In this document: positions 33,560-46,186 of the stretch, one piece after another | Position numbering within the stretch: the stretch's first letter is position 1 | Layout of the letters: every line of letters begins with the position of its first letter | Source of the DNA: Mesotaenium endlicherianum | Taxonomy: Eukaryota | Length of the DNA stretch: 64,000 nucleotides | Direction: 5' to 3' | Assembly: GCA_009602735.1 (NCBI GenBank) | Contig: WELA01003606.1 | Location: forward strand, 655,602 to 719,601 | Notes under the pieces: generated by a model | Seen by the model: the letters and a program-made list of their open reading frames with translations, nothing else | Database searches by the model: none | What the model was told of the DNA's origin: nothing | Position numbers and translations under genes: made by a program

Positions 33560-36500
33560 TGGAACCGTTTCAACGCCCCTTTGGCATTGGTCAGCTGGTT
33601 TTGAAATTCTCAAGTGTCCCCAGAGGCATCGTAACCCTTCCATCTGACCAGGTACTTCATGACATATTTAGATGATTGACGGACAGAGCGAGTGTCTAAA
33701 ATCTTCTCGACCTCATATTCCTCAAAATCACCATCCTTGACAGCGAAAACCGGTCTCGGTTGGACAGGTAACCGACCTGTGAACAATGTGTCACCTTTGA
33801 TATACGGTACCAGGAAGGAGACATACAAGATTGGGTGACCCTTGTAGTCCGCTGACATATTCAGTTTGTAAGCATTCTCACCGACACGGCCGCCACCGAA
33901 TATGGATCAACCCAGACCGGACCAAGCTTTTTCTTGACCACACCAGGCAGGTACAGGTGTTGAGAGTGCAGTTTGACCAAATTGCCCTTAGAAAATGTCA
34001 GCACGCGACGGTGCTGATTAGCATGTTTTTGTTGATTTTCTTGGGCTGTGTGCAGGCTTGTTTGGACTGCTGACAATGTGTCAGCAAAATCCTGAGCTAA
34101 CTGGAGAGACACTGGATTGTCGATGCCGTTAAAGAATCCCCTAGCACGTCTGAAGGAGACTTAGGGACTCTACCCAGACTGAGTTCAAAAGGGGTATTTC
34201 CCGTCGACGCGTGCACCGCACTGTTGACCGCAAATTGAATTTGAGGCAACAGGTCATTCCAATTATCTTGTTTTTGATTAATTTATGCTCTCAACACCTC
34301 TTGCAGAACTCGGTTAGTTCTTTCAGTTTGCCCATCAGTCTGAGGGTGGTTGGCTATGCTGAGCATCTGTTTGACTTCCATTAACCCCATTAAAGCTCTC
34401 CAAAACTTAGAGGTAAATTTTGAGTATCTGACTGACATGATATTATAGAGGAGCCCATGTTGGCATACTACATGGTTGTAGAACTGTCTCGCAGTTTTGA
34501 GTGCAGGTACTTTGACAGTGGTGGGGATGAAAATGACCATTTTTGTCAGTTTATCCACTACTACCAGTATGGAATCGTGCCCATTGGCAGTTCTCGGTAG
34601 TGTTACCACCCAGTCCATGGATATTGTTTTCCAATGTCCAGCTGGGATGGGTAGGGGTTGTAAGAGACCCCCGGGTGGTGTGTGCCAAGACTAATTTCTC
34701 TGACACTGATCACAGGACTTAACATATTTCAAGACCTCCCGAGGCAACAACGTCCCAATGATAATGCTTTGCCAATTTGCCAACAGATTTCGCCTGCCCC
34801 AAATGCCCACCCGGTAAACTGTCATGTGCTTGACTCAGTAAGAGGGACCTTATTTTCAAGTTAATAGGAATGACTAGCTTCAGCCTCCCTGAAGTGGTTT
34901 CAGTCGCCCAGACCCCTCCCTTAAGCCTATACCCGAGTGCAGTAGCGAGACACGCACCATCTGTGGGGCTGGGCTCAAATGTTGGGTCAAAAAGGTAGGC
35001 TTTCCTAAGTTGTTCAACGAAGGACTTTTTCACCTTTAGTGAAGTAAGTGCACACAGGACTTTATCTACAGCATGCTGACTAAAGTTCCTCTCTTGCAAG
35101 TCAGGTCTTCTAGAGAGTGCATCAGCAGGATTCAACTTCCCTGGTTTGTAGTCGATCTGGACTTGGAACTGCTCCAGGATCTGGCTCTAGCGGTTCTCCC
35201 TCCTTGACAGCTTGGACTTCTTCTGAAAGTGAGTCAGAGCTAGATGATCTGTAATCACCTTAAAAGCTTTACCATGTAAGTAAACTCTCCACTGTTTGAG
35301 CACATGAATGATAGCAAGCAGCTCTTTATCATGCACAAAATAGTTGATTTCCGCTGGGTTGAATTTCATAGATTCATACAGCACAAGATGCCACTCTTGC
35401 CGTACTTTACCATCCGTTGTGGTTTTCTCGGCAGGCTGTTACAAAATAGCACCCATGGCAAAGTCAGAAGCATCAGTAATCACCTACACAGGTTTGCTGG
35501 GGTCATACACGGCTAGGACTGGGCCAGAACAAAGAGCATCTTTAAGGGTTTGGAAGGCAGCTTGCTGGTCTTCCCCCCACACATACCCTATGTCCTTTTT
35601 AGTCAGGTCAATCAGTTTACTGGCCTTTGTAGAATAATTCTCACATCTTCTTCAGTAGTTAGCCAACCCAAGGAAGGATCTAACTTCAGACTGCGGTACT
35701 GGCCAGTCCCTTATGGTCTGGACTTTCTTATTGATGCCTGCTTTACTGACAACGTGGCCTAAGAATTCAATACTTTCCTTAAAGAAATCACACTTGCTCA
35801 TTTTACCATATAACTAATTTCTTCTCGAAGTATCCATGATTGTCTTTGAGTGTTCAACGTGCTGAGCTTCATCTTTAGAGAAAATTAAAATATCATCCAA
35901 GAAAACTTGCACAAACTTATCCAAATAAGGTCTGAAAATGTCATTCATAGCACCCATGAAGGTTGCAAGAGCATTAGTCAGTCCAAATGGCATCACATTA
36001 AACTCGTAGTGTCCATAACGTGTGCGGAAGGCAGTCTTGTGTTCATCTCCCTCAGCAATTCTGATTTGATGATAACCACTCTTGAGATCTATCTTACTGA
36101 ACACTTTAGCACCAGACAAGGTATCAAGCAAGTCCTCGATTCTGGATACAACAATCTTGTTCTTTATTGTAATTTTGTTCAGAGCTCAGTAATCCACACA
36201 CATCCGCATACTGCCACCTTTTTTCTTGATAAAGAGGATGGGTGTGCCGTATGGTGATTTACTGGGGGAAATATAACCATTTTCCTCAAGCTCTGCATTT
36301 TGTGTTTTCAACTCCTCGCTCTCCACATAAGACAAGCCATAAGTGCGTTGCCAGGGTGGCTCACTCCCAGGGAATAAATCAATCCTATGATCAACTTCCC
36401 TCTTAGGGGGTAGTCTTGGAGCCATATTAAAACATCAGTATACTGAGCAACAATTTTTGCAGCATGAGGGTGCTCCGGAGGGCGTACCTTTTTCTCAACC

Positions 36501-38665
36501 ACTTCTTCAGGTTGAGGAGGTACCTCTCTTAGCACCAGATAGAACATTCTGTTTTCCTTCTGGTTCCAGCTTTCGATGAACTGCATTGCATTCAGCAATT
36601 TGCATCCTCCTGGAAGCCTCTTCTTTTCCTTCATTTGCCATCCATACAAGACAAGAGGAAGAGCACTGGTGGGTGCCAAGTTAATCTGCCCATCACTGGC
36701 TCCTCTCACTTTAACTGCACCTTTGCTCCATCACACTTCAGCTTGATGTCTGTTAAGCCAGGACTTGCCTAGCACGAGATCATAAAAGCCAGTGTTGAGT
36801 ACCTCAAATGTAAGCATTTCAGTTATAATTGCAATGCTAGAACCTAACTGGACCTCAATAGGCTTGGTTACTACTCCTCCCGAGACACTTGAGGCATCTC
36901 CAAGGAATATTTTTCTATTCCCTTGTGACAGTGTGCAGCCTTAGCCGCTTAACTAAGTCCATATAAATAGAAGTGTGTGACGCCCCTCCGTCAACAAATG
37001 CCCTCACCTTCCTACCTGCAATCATGCAATGCAGTAGGATGAAGGGGACTGTCTTTTCCAGACTTTCGCATTGTTCTCCTGACTTAGCAAAGAAATGTTG
37101 GACACCAGGTGGAACAAGATCATCCAGAGTGTGCACTCTCTGGATGTCTATATTGCTGATGGTCTCTTTTATTTGGTTGTCAGGCATGCATAGTGAATCC
37201 AGTTCAGCAAGACCCATAATACGTGCTACGAAGGCAGCTAGTGACGACTCACTATCTTTAGCATCCTCAAAGTCAGTAGACTGAATCACAAACTATTGCT
37301 GTCTTTTAAAGGTTGGTCCTTTCTCTCGACCTTTGGCAGGTGCTTAACTGGACACTGCTCTTTGAAGTGACCCAACTGCTGGCAATGGAAGTAAACAGAT
37401 TTTGCTGAGGCTGGTCTCGGCTTAGTCCTACCGCCACCTCTTCCATAGCCACCTCGAGAGTAACCACCTCTCCCTCTAGACTGTATAGCATTATACTCAT
37501 ACTCGTACTCATCATCCTGATCATCCTTAGCCTGGTCTCCTTCATTTGCATTGTAGGAATCTTGGGGCTTTTTGACAATCTTAGACACCAAAGCGTTACT
37601 CTGGCGCTTGTGATTGAACTGTTGCTGATCCCAGACATCAGCGTCCTGGATCAAGTCAGCCAGTTTCTCATTCTTCTTCTCAGCAAAATGACCAGAGACT
37701 TCGGATGTCAAGCCATACCTGAAGTATGCTATCCTTTACCGCTCTGGCAAGTCTGGGTGCTTCATCATGTTCTTTTGAAACTTTTGAGCAAACTCAGCAA
37801 TTGAATAGGTGTGCTTCAATGTCAAGGAGATCATTGTGTACATAGCTTTCTCCTGCTGATTGATGACATCAAACTTCTCATGCAACTTCTCGACAAACTC
37901 TACCCACGTAGGGTCATCGAGTTGCTGAGCCTTACGCTCTCCTTTCCAATACAGCCACCAGTCTACTGCATTGCCTTTCAGTAAAGCATTGGTGTGCCTG
38001 CCCTTCTCGTAATCCTACAGCCCTGGGTAACTCTCCAACCAATGCTTAACATCAGCGAGAAACTTGATCAGGTAATATTTCTTGTTTCCCTTGTGATCAT
38101 AGTCCAGGGGAGGCTTCGGCTTAGGCTTACATGGCCCTCTGCCATTGCCACGCGTGGTTTGAGAACCCAGTTGGTCTCTGCCCCGCAGCAGGGACATTAT
38201 GATTCTTTTGTCCTCCTGTTGGGACTAGCATGTACTTGCCATTTGCGATTGCATGTGAACAAATAATGCTCCCAAATCCACACTCTTAGGTGAGAGTCTA
38301 GCAAATGCAGCAGCAGCAGTGGCATCTACCCGCTGAGTAGTGTCCTCAACAGTCCCTCTTGCTCCTGCAGCAGCCATTCTTGCCGCATTGAGCCGGTCTC
38401 GAATTTGACCTAGAGGCACACTGAAATGTACAGCAGGAGGTGGGTTCAGAATATTGGCCCTTGTTGCCATAAGTTCTTCGACAGTGCGCTCTTCCGCTGG
38501 CTGTCCCTCCCTCCTTTCTATATTGTCAGCAGCCTTTGTTAATCTGACTCTCTCCTCCTCAGCCTGCTGTGTTGCGATTGCAACAATAGCAACTGCCTCA
38601 TCTGCAGCCTCTCTAGCTGCAGTATCCGCCACTGCTTCAAAATAGGTACGAGTTCCCGCTACATG
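33560..38665 (-). pseudogene. Family A gag-pol (fragmented)
   Basis: [64 protein letters not shown]...YLVRWKGY. Confidence 0.9.
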
Positions 38666-40362
38666 GCTTTTAGCCTGGTTTTTGACATTCTTGTTATCCT
38701 GGTTGTCTATGTCTCGGTCGTTGCTAGTTTGAGACCTCGTCCTTACTATACAAAGAAAATTGTGATAACACCTCCGATACCATTGAAATGAATCGACTTA
38801 CCAAATAGACGAATAACAATTAATAAAAATCTTTATATCAGCAAGTAATCTCATTGGTATTTTCTTGTTAGTTGATTTAACAGCGAAGGATAACACACTA
38901 GCAATGGACAACACTTCGCAAGTCAAATACAAGTAAACTAGCATTAATAATGCAATCAGTAAACTCATACATATGCAAGACAAGAAGACAGTGCGTATCA
39001 ATGGCTTCTCGCCTTGGATTCAGATCTCTCTCAGTAAGCTGTACAAGAGAAATGGCCTCGTTTTCGAATCCAAACTTGAAAGCAATCCTAGCATATGTTC
39101 ATGGAATGAGTTTATTGTTCAACGGCAAGTGCGATGGCACCGCCTACTCGGGAGTTAACCTCGCTGGCAGGACCCTGGTTGACCAAATCCACCGCCATCT
39201 CCCATCATCCCAAATTGCCATCCATCCTAGGGATGTCATCTGGCCATTCATCTAGCATATCACACTTAGATGCATATCTAGGCAGTTTGCTGTGACCGAG
39301 TATGAAAGTCAGCTGGCTGTCAAAGTATGCGTCAGCAATTTGACTTAAGTTGACTTCAGCCTGTTCCTTCCGGCTGAGTCATTAAACTGATATTTATATA
39401 AAGTCCAGCAGACTAAATACTATCTAGAGTTCAGCAGGCTGAACATGATTAACTATTATATTTAAATGAATATTATATCAACCAATATACTGATTCATTA
39501 TAAATAGAGATCAAGGATTCACAAGCCATTTTCGGATAAATCTTTTCAAAAACTTGGGTACATCGCTGGATATGTCCACTGCCTACCACCCGCAATCAGA
39601 TGGGCAAACCGAGCGTATGAAATGTACCCTAAAGACCTCTCTAATGGCCTACGCGTCTACTCTAGAGCAAGACTGGGAAAACAACAACACTACGCAGGCC
39701 TCTACCCAAGAGTCCCCATTCTTCCTCAACAATGGCTTCCATCCGACCACACCACTGAGCTTCACGGCTGGCCATGATGAAGTTCTTGCAGCAACATATT
39801 TTTTGGAGACATTGAAAGCAACCCTTACAGCAGCGAAAAAAGCTCTACAACAGGCGCAAGATGCTCAAGCAAGAGTGACAAACAGATCCACAAGAGAAAT
39901 TACGTACAGAGTGGGTGACAACGTGTTATCATCATTCAATAATATTTCCCTGAACAACAGGCCTGCCGGCAGCAAGTTCTCTCTGTTGAAAATCTTCATC
40001 TGTCATTGCTTACTTGTTCTATAGCAAGACAAATACTTCACTTGCACCTCATACACAACACATATAAGCATGCACACGACACCAATAGGAGCACTCTCTT
40101 TCTCGGGGGCTCAACTCTTTCTTACTCAAGTGTGTCCCTTACAAGTTCCTCTGCCCTTCTATATTCACATTTGCGGCTGCTAACCTACCTCGAACTAATT
40201 GACAGTCCTAGTCATCAGAAGCCCTACACATCGACACTCTCAACCAACATTAGCTGGACTCGACCAACCACACACTTCAATCAACCTCCATACATGTGAA
40301 CGCACATGCTAAGCAATTAGAGCTAGGACTGCTTATTTTCTACACTCCCTCTCAGTTCTAAT

Positions 40363-43300
40363 CTATTTGCTCACTATCTCTTTTAGTCCTAGCATCTCAG
40401 CACACCATTGGTGCTTTACTCTAGGAACAGCCTTTGTCAAGGCATTAGCCACCATCTTATCGGTTCTAACAAACTTGAACTCTACACTACCATCAAGCAC
40501 ACACTCCCTGCACATATGATGTTGAATATCTATATGTTTACTCCTAGCATGCTCAACAGGGTTCTTTCCTGATGCTATGCAGCTCTGACTTTCACTCAAA
40601 ATAATAGTGGACCTTTTCTGCTCATAGCCCAGGTCCTCCAGAAGTCTTCTCAGCCACCGTGCCTCTCTCACTGCCTGTGAGGCTGCCATATACTCTGCCT
40701 CCATGGACGACAAGGCCACCACCTTTCGTCTCTTGCTCTTCCAGGTCACAGCACCCTTAGCCAGAGAGAATGCATAACCTGTTGTAGACTTCCGAGTGTC
40801 CATGTCTCCTCCCCAGTCAGCATCACTGCACCCTTCTAGCCTCACACTATTACTTCCTCCAAGGTGCAACCACAGGTTTGGTGTCCCCTTGAGATATCTC
40901 AGGATCCTCTTCATAGCCTCCCAGTGTGCAGGACCTGGATTCTCCATGAACTGACTCACTATCCCGACTGCGTTAGCAATATCAGGACGTGTGCACACCA
41001 TTTGATACATGATACTACCTGCAACCTTCCTCATGGGCACCTGAGACATCATCTCCCACTCATGCTCATCTTTAGCACACATACTCGAGCTCAGCTTGTG
41101 CTTAGGATTAAGGGGCACACTGACAGGCTTACAGCCCATCATATCAAACCTCCCCAGCACTGTCTGCAAGTAGGCTGGCTGACCCAACATTACAATCCTC
41201 TTGGCCCTATCTCTCTTCACCTCAATGCCAAGCAGGAACTGTACCTCTCCCAAGTCCTTCATATCGAAGGCACAACTCAGGGCATCCTTCACCTTTTGCA
41301 CCTCCACCATCTTCTTGTCAACAAGCAGCAGGTCATCAACATATAGTACCAGCATCACCCTGTCATCACCTGCTCCCTTCATATACAAACTGCTGTCAGC
41401 ATTGGACTTCACAAACCCCTCACCATGAAGAAAGGAGTCTATCTTCTGGTTCCACATTCTTGGAGAATGCTTCAGTCCATACAGGGACTTCTTCAGCTTG
41501 CACACCTTCTTCGGGAACTTCCCATCAATGAATCCCTCTGGTTGCTCCATGTAGACCTCCTCCTCCAGCTCTCCATACAAAAATGCAATCTTCACGTCGA
41601 TCTGATGCATCTCCATATCCTCCACTGCAGCAATTTGCGCCACGACTCTCATTGTGGCAATCTTGGCAACTGGTGCAAAAGTCTCATGATAGTCTTCTCC
41701 CTCTTTCTGGGAGTAGCCCTTTGCCACAAACCGCGCCTTGTATCTGTCCACTGATCCATCTGCCTTCCTCTTCTTCCTGTAGACCCACCTGCCTCCCACA
41801 ACCTTCTTACCAGGTGGCAGCTCTGCCAGGTCCCATGTCTCATTCTTTGCCAGTGACTCCATCTCCCTCAGAAGCCTTTCTCCACTTAGTTGCTTCTTCT
41901 ATTTGCATAGCAGCCTCAAAGGTCTTGGGCTCTGAGTCATCTACCATGTAGACCACCTCACTCTCTACAGCATCCTCCTCAACCATCGACTCAGCCACAC
42001 TTACATACTCATCAAAGCCAAATCTAGCAGGTGGCACATTCTCTCTTCTTGAGTGTCTAGATGAGCCATGGCTCTCTCCACTAGTGGACGCTTCTCCTCC
42101 TGCAGGTGATCTGGAGCTCCTCTCAGCTCCCTCTATCGCTTCTGGCTCCCTGCCTGCCAGTCTCCTTGATCTTCTCTCCTCTGGTGCTGTCGCTCCCTGA
42201 GGTCGTGGACCAGTTCTCTTCCTCTCCTGTGCTGCTCCCTCTGAGAGTCTAGGTCCTGTTCTCTCCCCAATGAACTCGACCTCGTCCTCAGAATCAGAGG
42301 CTGCTCCCTCTTGCTCATCACTCCTTGATTCAAGCTCCTCCTGAGCTTCAATGCCTGGTTGCGGCATCTCTGGCAGTGCCTGAGCTCCAGCAGCAGGGGC
42401 AGCTCTTGCAGCAGCTTGAAGTCGAGTCTCAACTCTGCTCTGCTCTTCTCCCTTTGGTACAAACTCTTCATAGAGTCTAGAGCTCCCAGGGTCCAGCACC
42501 TTCTCGTTAAAGATCACATCTCTGCTCACAATCACTTCTCTTGTTCTCACTTTCACCTGCTTGTACCCTTTGCTGTTGGTGTCATAGCCCACGAGTACAC
42601 ACCTCTCAGACTTGGGTTGCAGCTTGTGCCTCTTGACCAAGGGAATATGGGACCACACCTCTGTCCCGAAGACTCTCAACTCTTGCACAGAGAGTTTCTT
42701 CCCACTCCATACCTCCTCAGGAATCCTTCCACCAATAGCAGCCGATGGCAGCCTGTTACTCACATAAGCAGCAGTGCTTACAGCTTCTGCCCACAAGCTC
42801 ACGTTCTGACCAGACGCAAAGATCATCGCTCTTGCAGCCTCCACAAGAGTCCTGTTCTTCCTCTCAGCAACTCCATTCTGCTGAGGAGAGTAAGTGATAG
42901 TCAGCTCATGCTTGATTTCTTCGTCCCTCAGAAACTTGTCAAAGTAGCCGTTGACATACTCAGATCCATTATCAGTCCTCAGGGTCTTGATCTTCTTTCC
43001 CAACTGCTTCTCCACGGATGCCTTGTACTTCAAGAACTTTTCATACGCCTGATCCTTGGTTCTCATGAAATACACCTCAGTCTTCGGGGAGTAGTCATCT
43101 GTGAAGGTGATGTAATACAAGTTTCTTGACGATCTGGCTGTTACACTAGCAGGTCCCCACACATCTGAGTGCACCAACTCCAGCAGCTCACTAGCCCTTG
43201 AAGCTTCTCCCTTTGGGAATGCCTTCCTGGCCTGCTTTCCCATCTGACATCCCTTGCAGAATTCAAAACTCTGCCCTGTAAAGTCTGTCAGCCCTCTCTC

Positions 43301-44883
43301 CTTGTCTTGTGCCATCTGCTTCAATCTCTGCTCACTCACATGTCCCAGCCTCTGGTGCCACAGGTTGATGTCACTCTCCAGCTTGGCACCTCCCTTTGCA
43401 CCAAGTGCAAACTCAACCTAAAGAACCTGGTCTATTATAGATAGAGCAATCTCAGTTTGGCACTGGATTTTGAACAAGCTGCCTTGAACACTTGACTTCA
43501 CAGCCTTCGTTACCACATCACCGTCGGAGTCCATGACTCGACACTCACTTCCTTCAAACACCACTGTGTTTCCAAGGGCTGTGGTCTTTGGCACTGATCC
43601 AGATTCTTCACTAGTCCCGGACAGTGAAGCACATCCTGCATCGTAATCTTGTGCCTCATCTTGCCTAGCTGTGTCATGACTACCACCTTTCCAGTTCCAA
43701 TCTCTTGCAGCAGCATGCCATCACCAACTCTGACTGGCACTGGACTGCAGGACTTGTAGTCGAGCATGATCTCTCTCCTCGAAGTGGCATGTCTTGAAGC
43801 TCCTGAGTCAACAAACCAGGCATCCTCATCCTGCTCGCTGCACACCAGTGACTCTTCTATAGTAACAGCATTGGCATTTTCTTCAGCATCGTGAAGGGAA
43901 GTACCTTCTCTCTTCTGGCTGCAATCCTTGGCCAGATGTCCCTTCTTGTTGCACGTGAAGCACACTGCATCCTCGCAGCTTGGTGCAGAATGTCCTGTCT
44001 TTCCACAAATGAAGCATCTCCCTTTCTTGCTTCCACCTCCTCTGCCTTGATAGCCTCCTCTATGAGATCCTGACCTCCTTTCTCCCCATCCTTCTCCTTA
44101 CCGACTGGAACTGGCCACGCTAAGCTCTTCCATCTGCTCCACTAGCTGATTGCCCACCAGAAGAAACTTCCTGTCTCCAAACATGAGTAGAGCCTGTTCA
44201 GTGGATGAGCTTGCCTTTTCTTTGGTCTCCAACTGAACCTCCTTAATGAGCAACTTGGATTCAATGTTCTCCATGGTGAGTTCAGCAGTAGTCAGCACTG
44301 ACAGGGAGTCTCTAAAGGTCTCAAACTTTGAATCCAATCTATTCAGAGCTTGAATCACCTGATCTTCTTGATTCACCTCGGCATCCAAGGCTTTTAATTC
44401 CTCACACACTTCTCTAATGCGGGAGAAGTAAGACTGCACGCTCTCTCCCTTTTTCTGCTTCAACAGAGCAACCTTCTTCTTAAAGGTGCCTTTGTTAGCA
44501 ACACTATACTGCTGGTGCAGGTTCTTCAACGACTCCTACATCGCTGTGCTGGTCTCTAAATTCAGCACTCTCATGTAGGTCTCCTGACCCAAGCTCTTTG
44601 TAAGCAGATCAAATGCAAGTGCCTCCCTCTTTCGCCATGCAACTCTAGCTGCTCCATTCGTAACATACGCTTCTCTGGTTGCTGCATCAGCATTTGCAGC
44701 GGGCACTTGGAGTGGATCTGGGATCTTTTCATTTCCAAGCACTATCTCCTTGAGATCATGTCTGGCTAACTGTGCACACACTCTTCGCGACCACACAAGA
44801 TACTCAGTACCCTTCCCATCGAAGTGCGGGAGCCGAGAGTTAGAACCTCCTCCGATACCATGTTGAACATCTTCATCTGTCAT
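40363..44883 (-). pseudogene. Copia gag-PR-INT-RT-RNase H polyprotein (few stops/frameshifts)
   Basis: Two CCHC knuckles, WFVDSGAS, LVHSDVWGP, PQQNGVAERKNR, YKARFVAKGY, LYVDD, SDADW, KHIDIQHH. Confidence 0.95.
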
Positions 44884-46186
44884 TGCTTACTCGTTCTATA
44901 GCAAGACAAACACTTCACTTGCAGCTCATACACAACACATATAAGCATGCACACGACATGTAGTGAGACAGATAGATAAAGTACTTAGTGAAATATAATA
45001 CTTTATCTATTCAAGACAAGGATCTTTGAACACAAGTGGTAGCTTCTTGAAAGAGAGATGGCTTCTTGAAAGTTAATATATTTCTGGATTTTGGCAAGTA
45101 CAAGAGTGATTCTGGAATGTCTTTCTATGTTCTAGCTCTTGTTTATATACTTGCTACATAAGTAATTTCTAGGAAGGTGTATGTTGATGTGTTGGCACCC
45201 AACACATCCCAAAACTTGCCACCTCTTTCTAGAATAATGTACACATGTCCTTTTGACCTAAAAATGGCACATTTGACTTTTGCCACGTGGAGTTCTTCTA
45301 GGTCTTTCCTCTAACTTCGAAAATGCCTTAGAAGGTTCAAAGGACATGAACCAAGTCACTAGAGTACCTATTCACACTTGAATCCACACAATACTACTCC
45401 AAATATATTTGAAAACATTAAAATATATGCANATATATGCAAACTAATGTAGTAGAACTCAAATCACTACATCACCCCCCCGCCAAAAAAAGCGACGTCT
45501 CGGCGCGTCAAGTCAGGTCTTACACATGTGGAGCAAACTAGTCAACAGNGTCTTACACATGTGGAGCAGACTAGTCAACAGCTTCAAGTCAGATGCCACA
45601 CATGTGAAGAGGATTAGTCCAAGGCGCCAAGTCAGGTGCTACATATGTAAGGTAGACTAGGCAAGGTCATAGGTGGTGTGACCTTATTGGCTAGCCTACT
45701 CCTTAATGATAAAGAAAATTGTACAAGTTGGCCCAGAATCTGCCACGAATTCAAAAATTCATAGCGTCCACAGAACTGCTCCAAATCTGAAAATTCAAGT
45801 GCCAAACGGATTGCGTCGGAGAACTCTACCGGGTCACCAAATTTGAGAGCATTCAAATCCGTGGAGTGACGTTAAGAGCTGAGAGAGTAGGCACTCCTCC
45901 AAATCTGTGCAGAAACTTATGAAAATCATGTCCTTTTATACTTCTCCAAATTCTGCAATGTAAGTCTTAAAATGGGTGTTGTAAGATGTTCTACCAGAGT
46001 CTTGGGTTTCAAAGCATTCCAAGTCCAGGGGAGGGCACAATGTCAGAAGGCATATTCTGCCCTACCAATGCCAGCAGCTTGACCCCCTTCTACTTAGAGC
46101 ATCATATCTCTCTCACCAGTGCTCCAAATTGAGCAAACTTGGACTCTAAATGACCGGCTACTTATGGACTACAGCCAGGTAAATGT

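Larger units (their letters stand above)
31681..39502 (-). mobile_element. Family A chromovirus with extra 3' ORF (3' end cut by B2)
   Basis: 5' LTR 38784-39502, PBS TGGTATCGGAGG 38771-38782, gag, knuckle, PR VDGGAS, RT FLDD, RNase H, INT, chromodomain 33610-33858, extra ORF 33190-31681. Confidence 0.9.

Noticed and set aside
42359..43129. Long antisense ORFs over gag/pol (also 40864-41346, 9317-9763 and others)
   Set aside because: Shadow frames of retroelement coding sequence with no motifs
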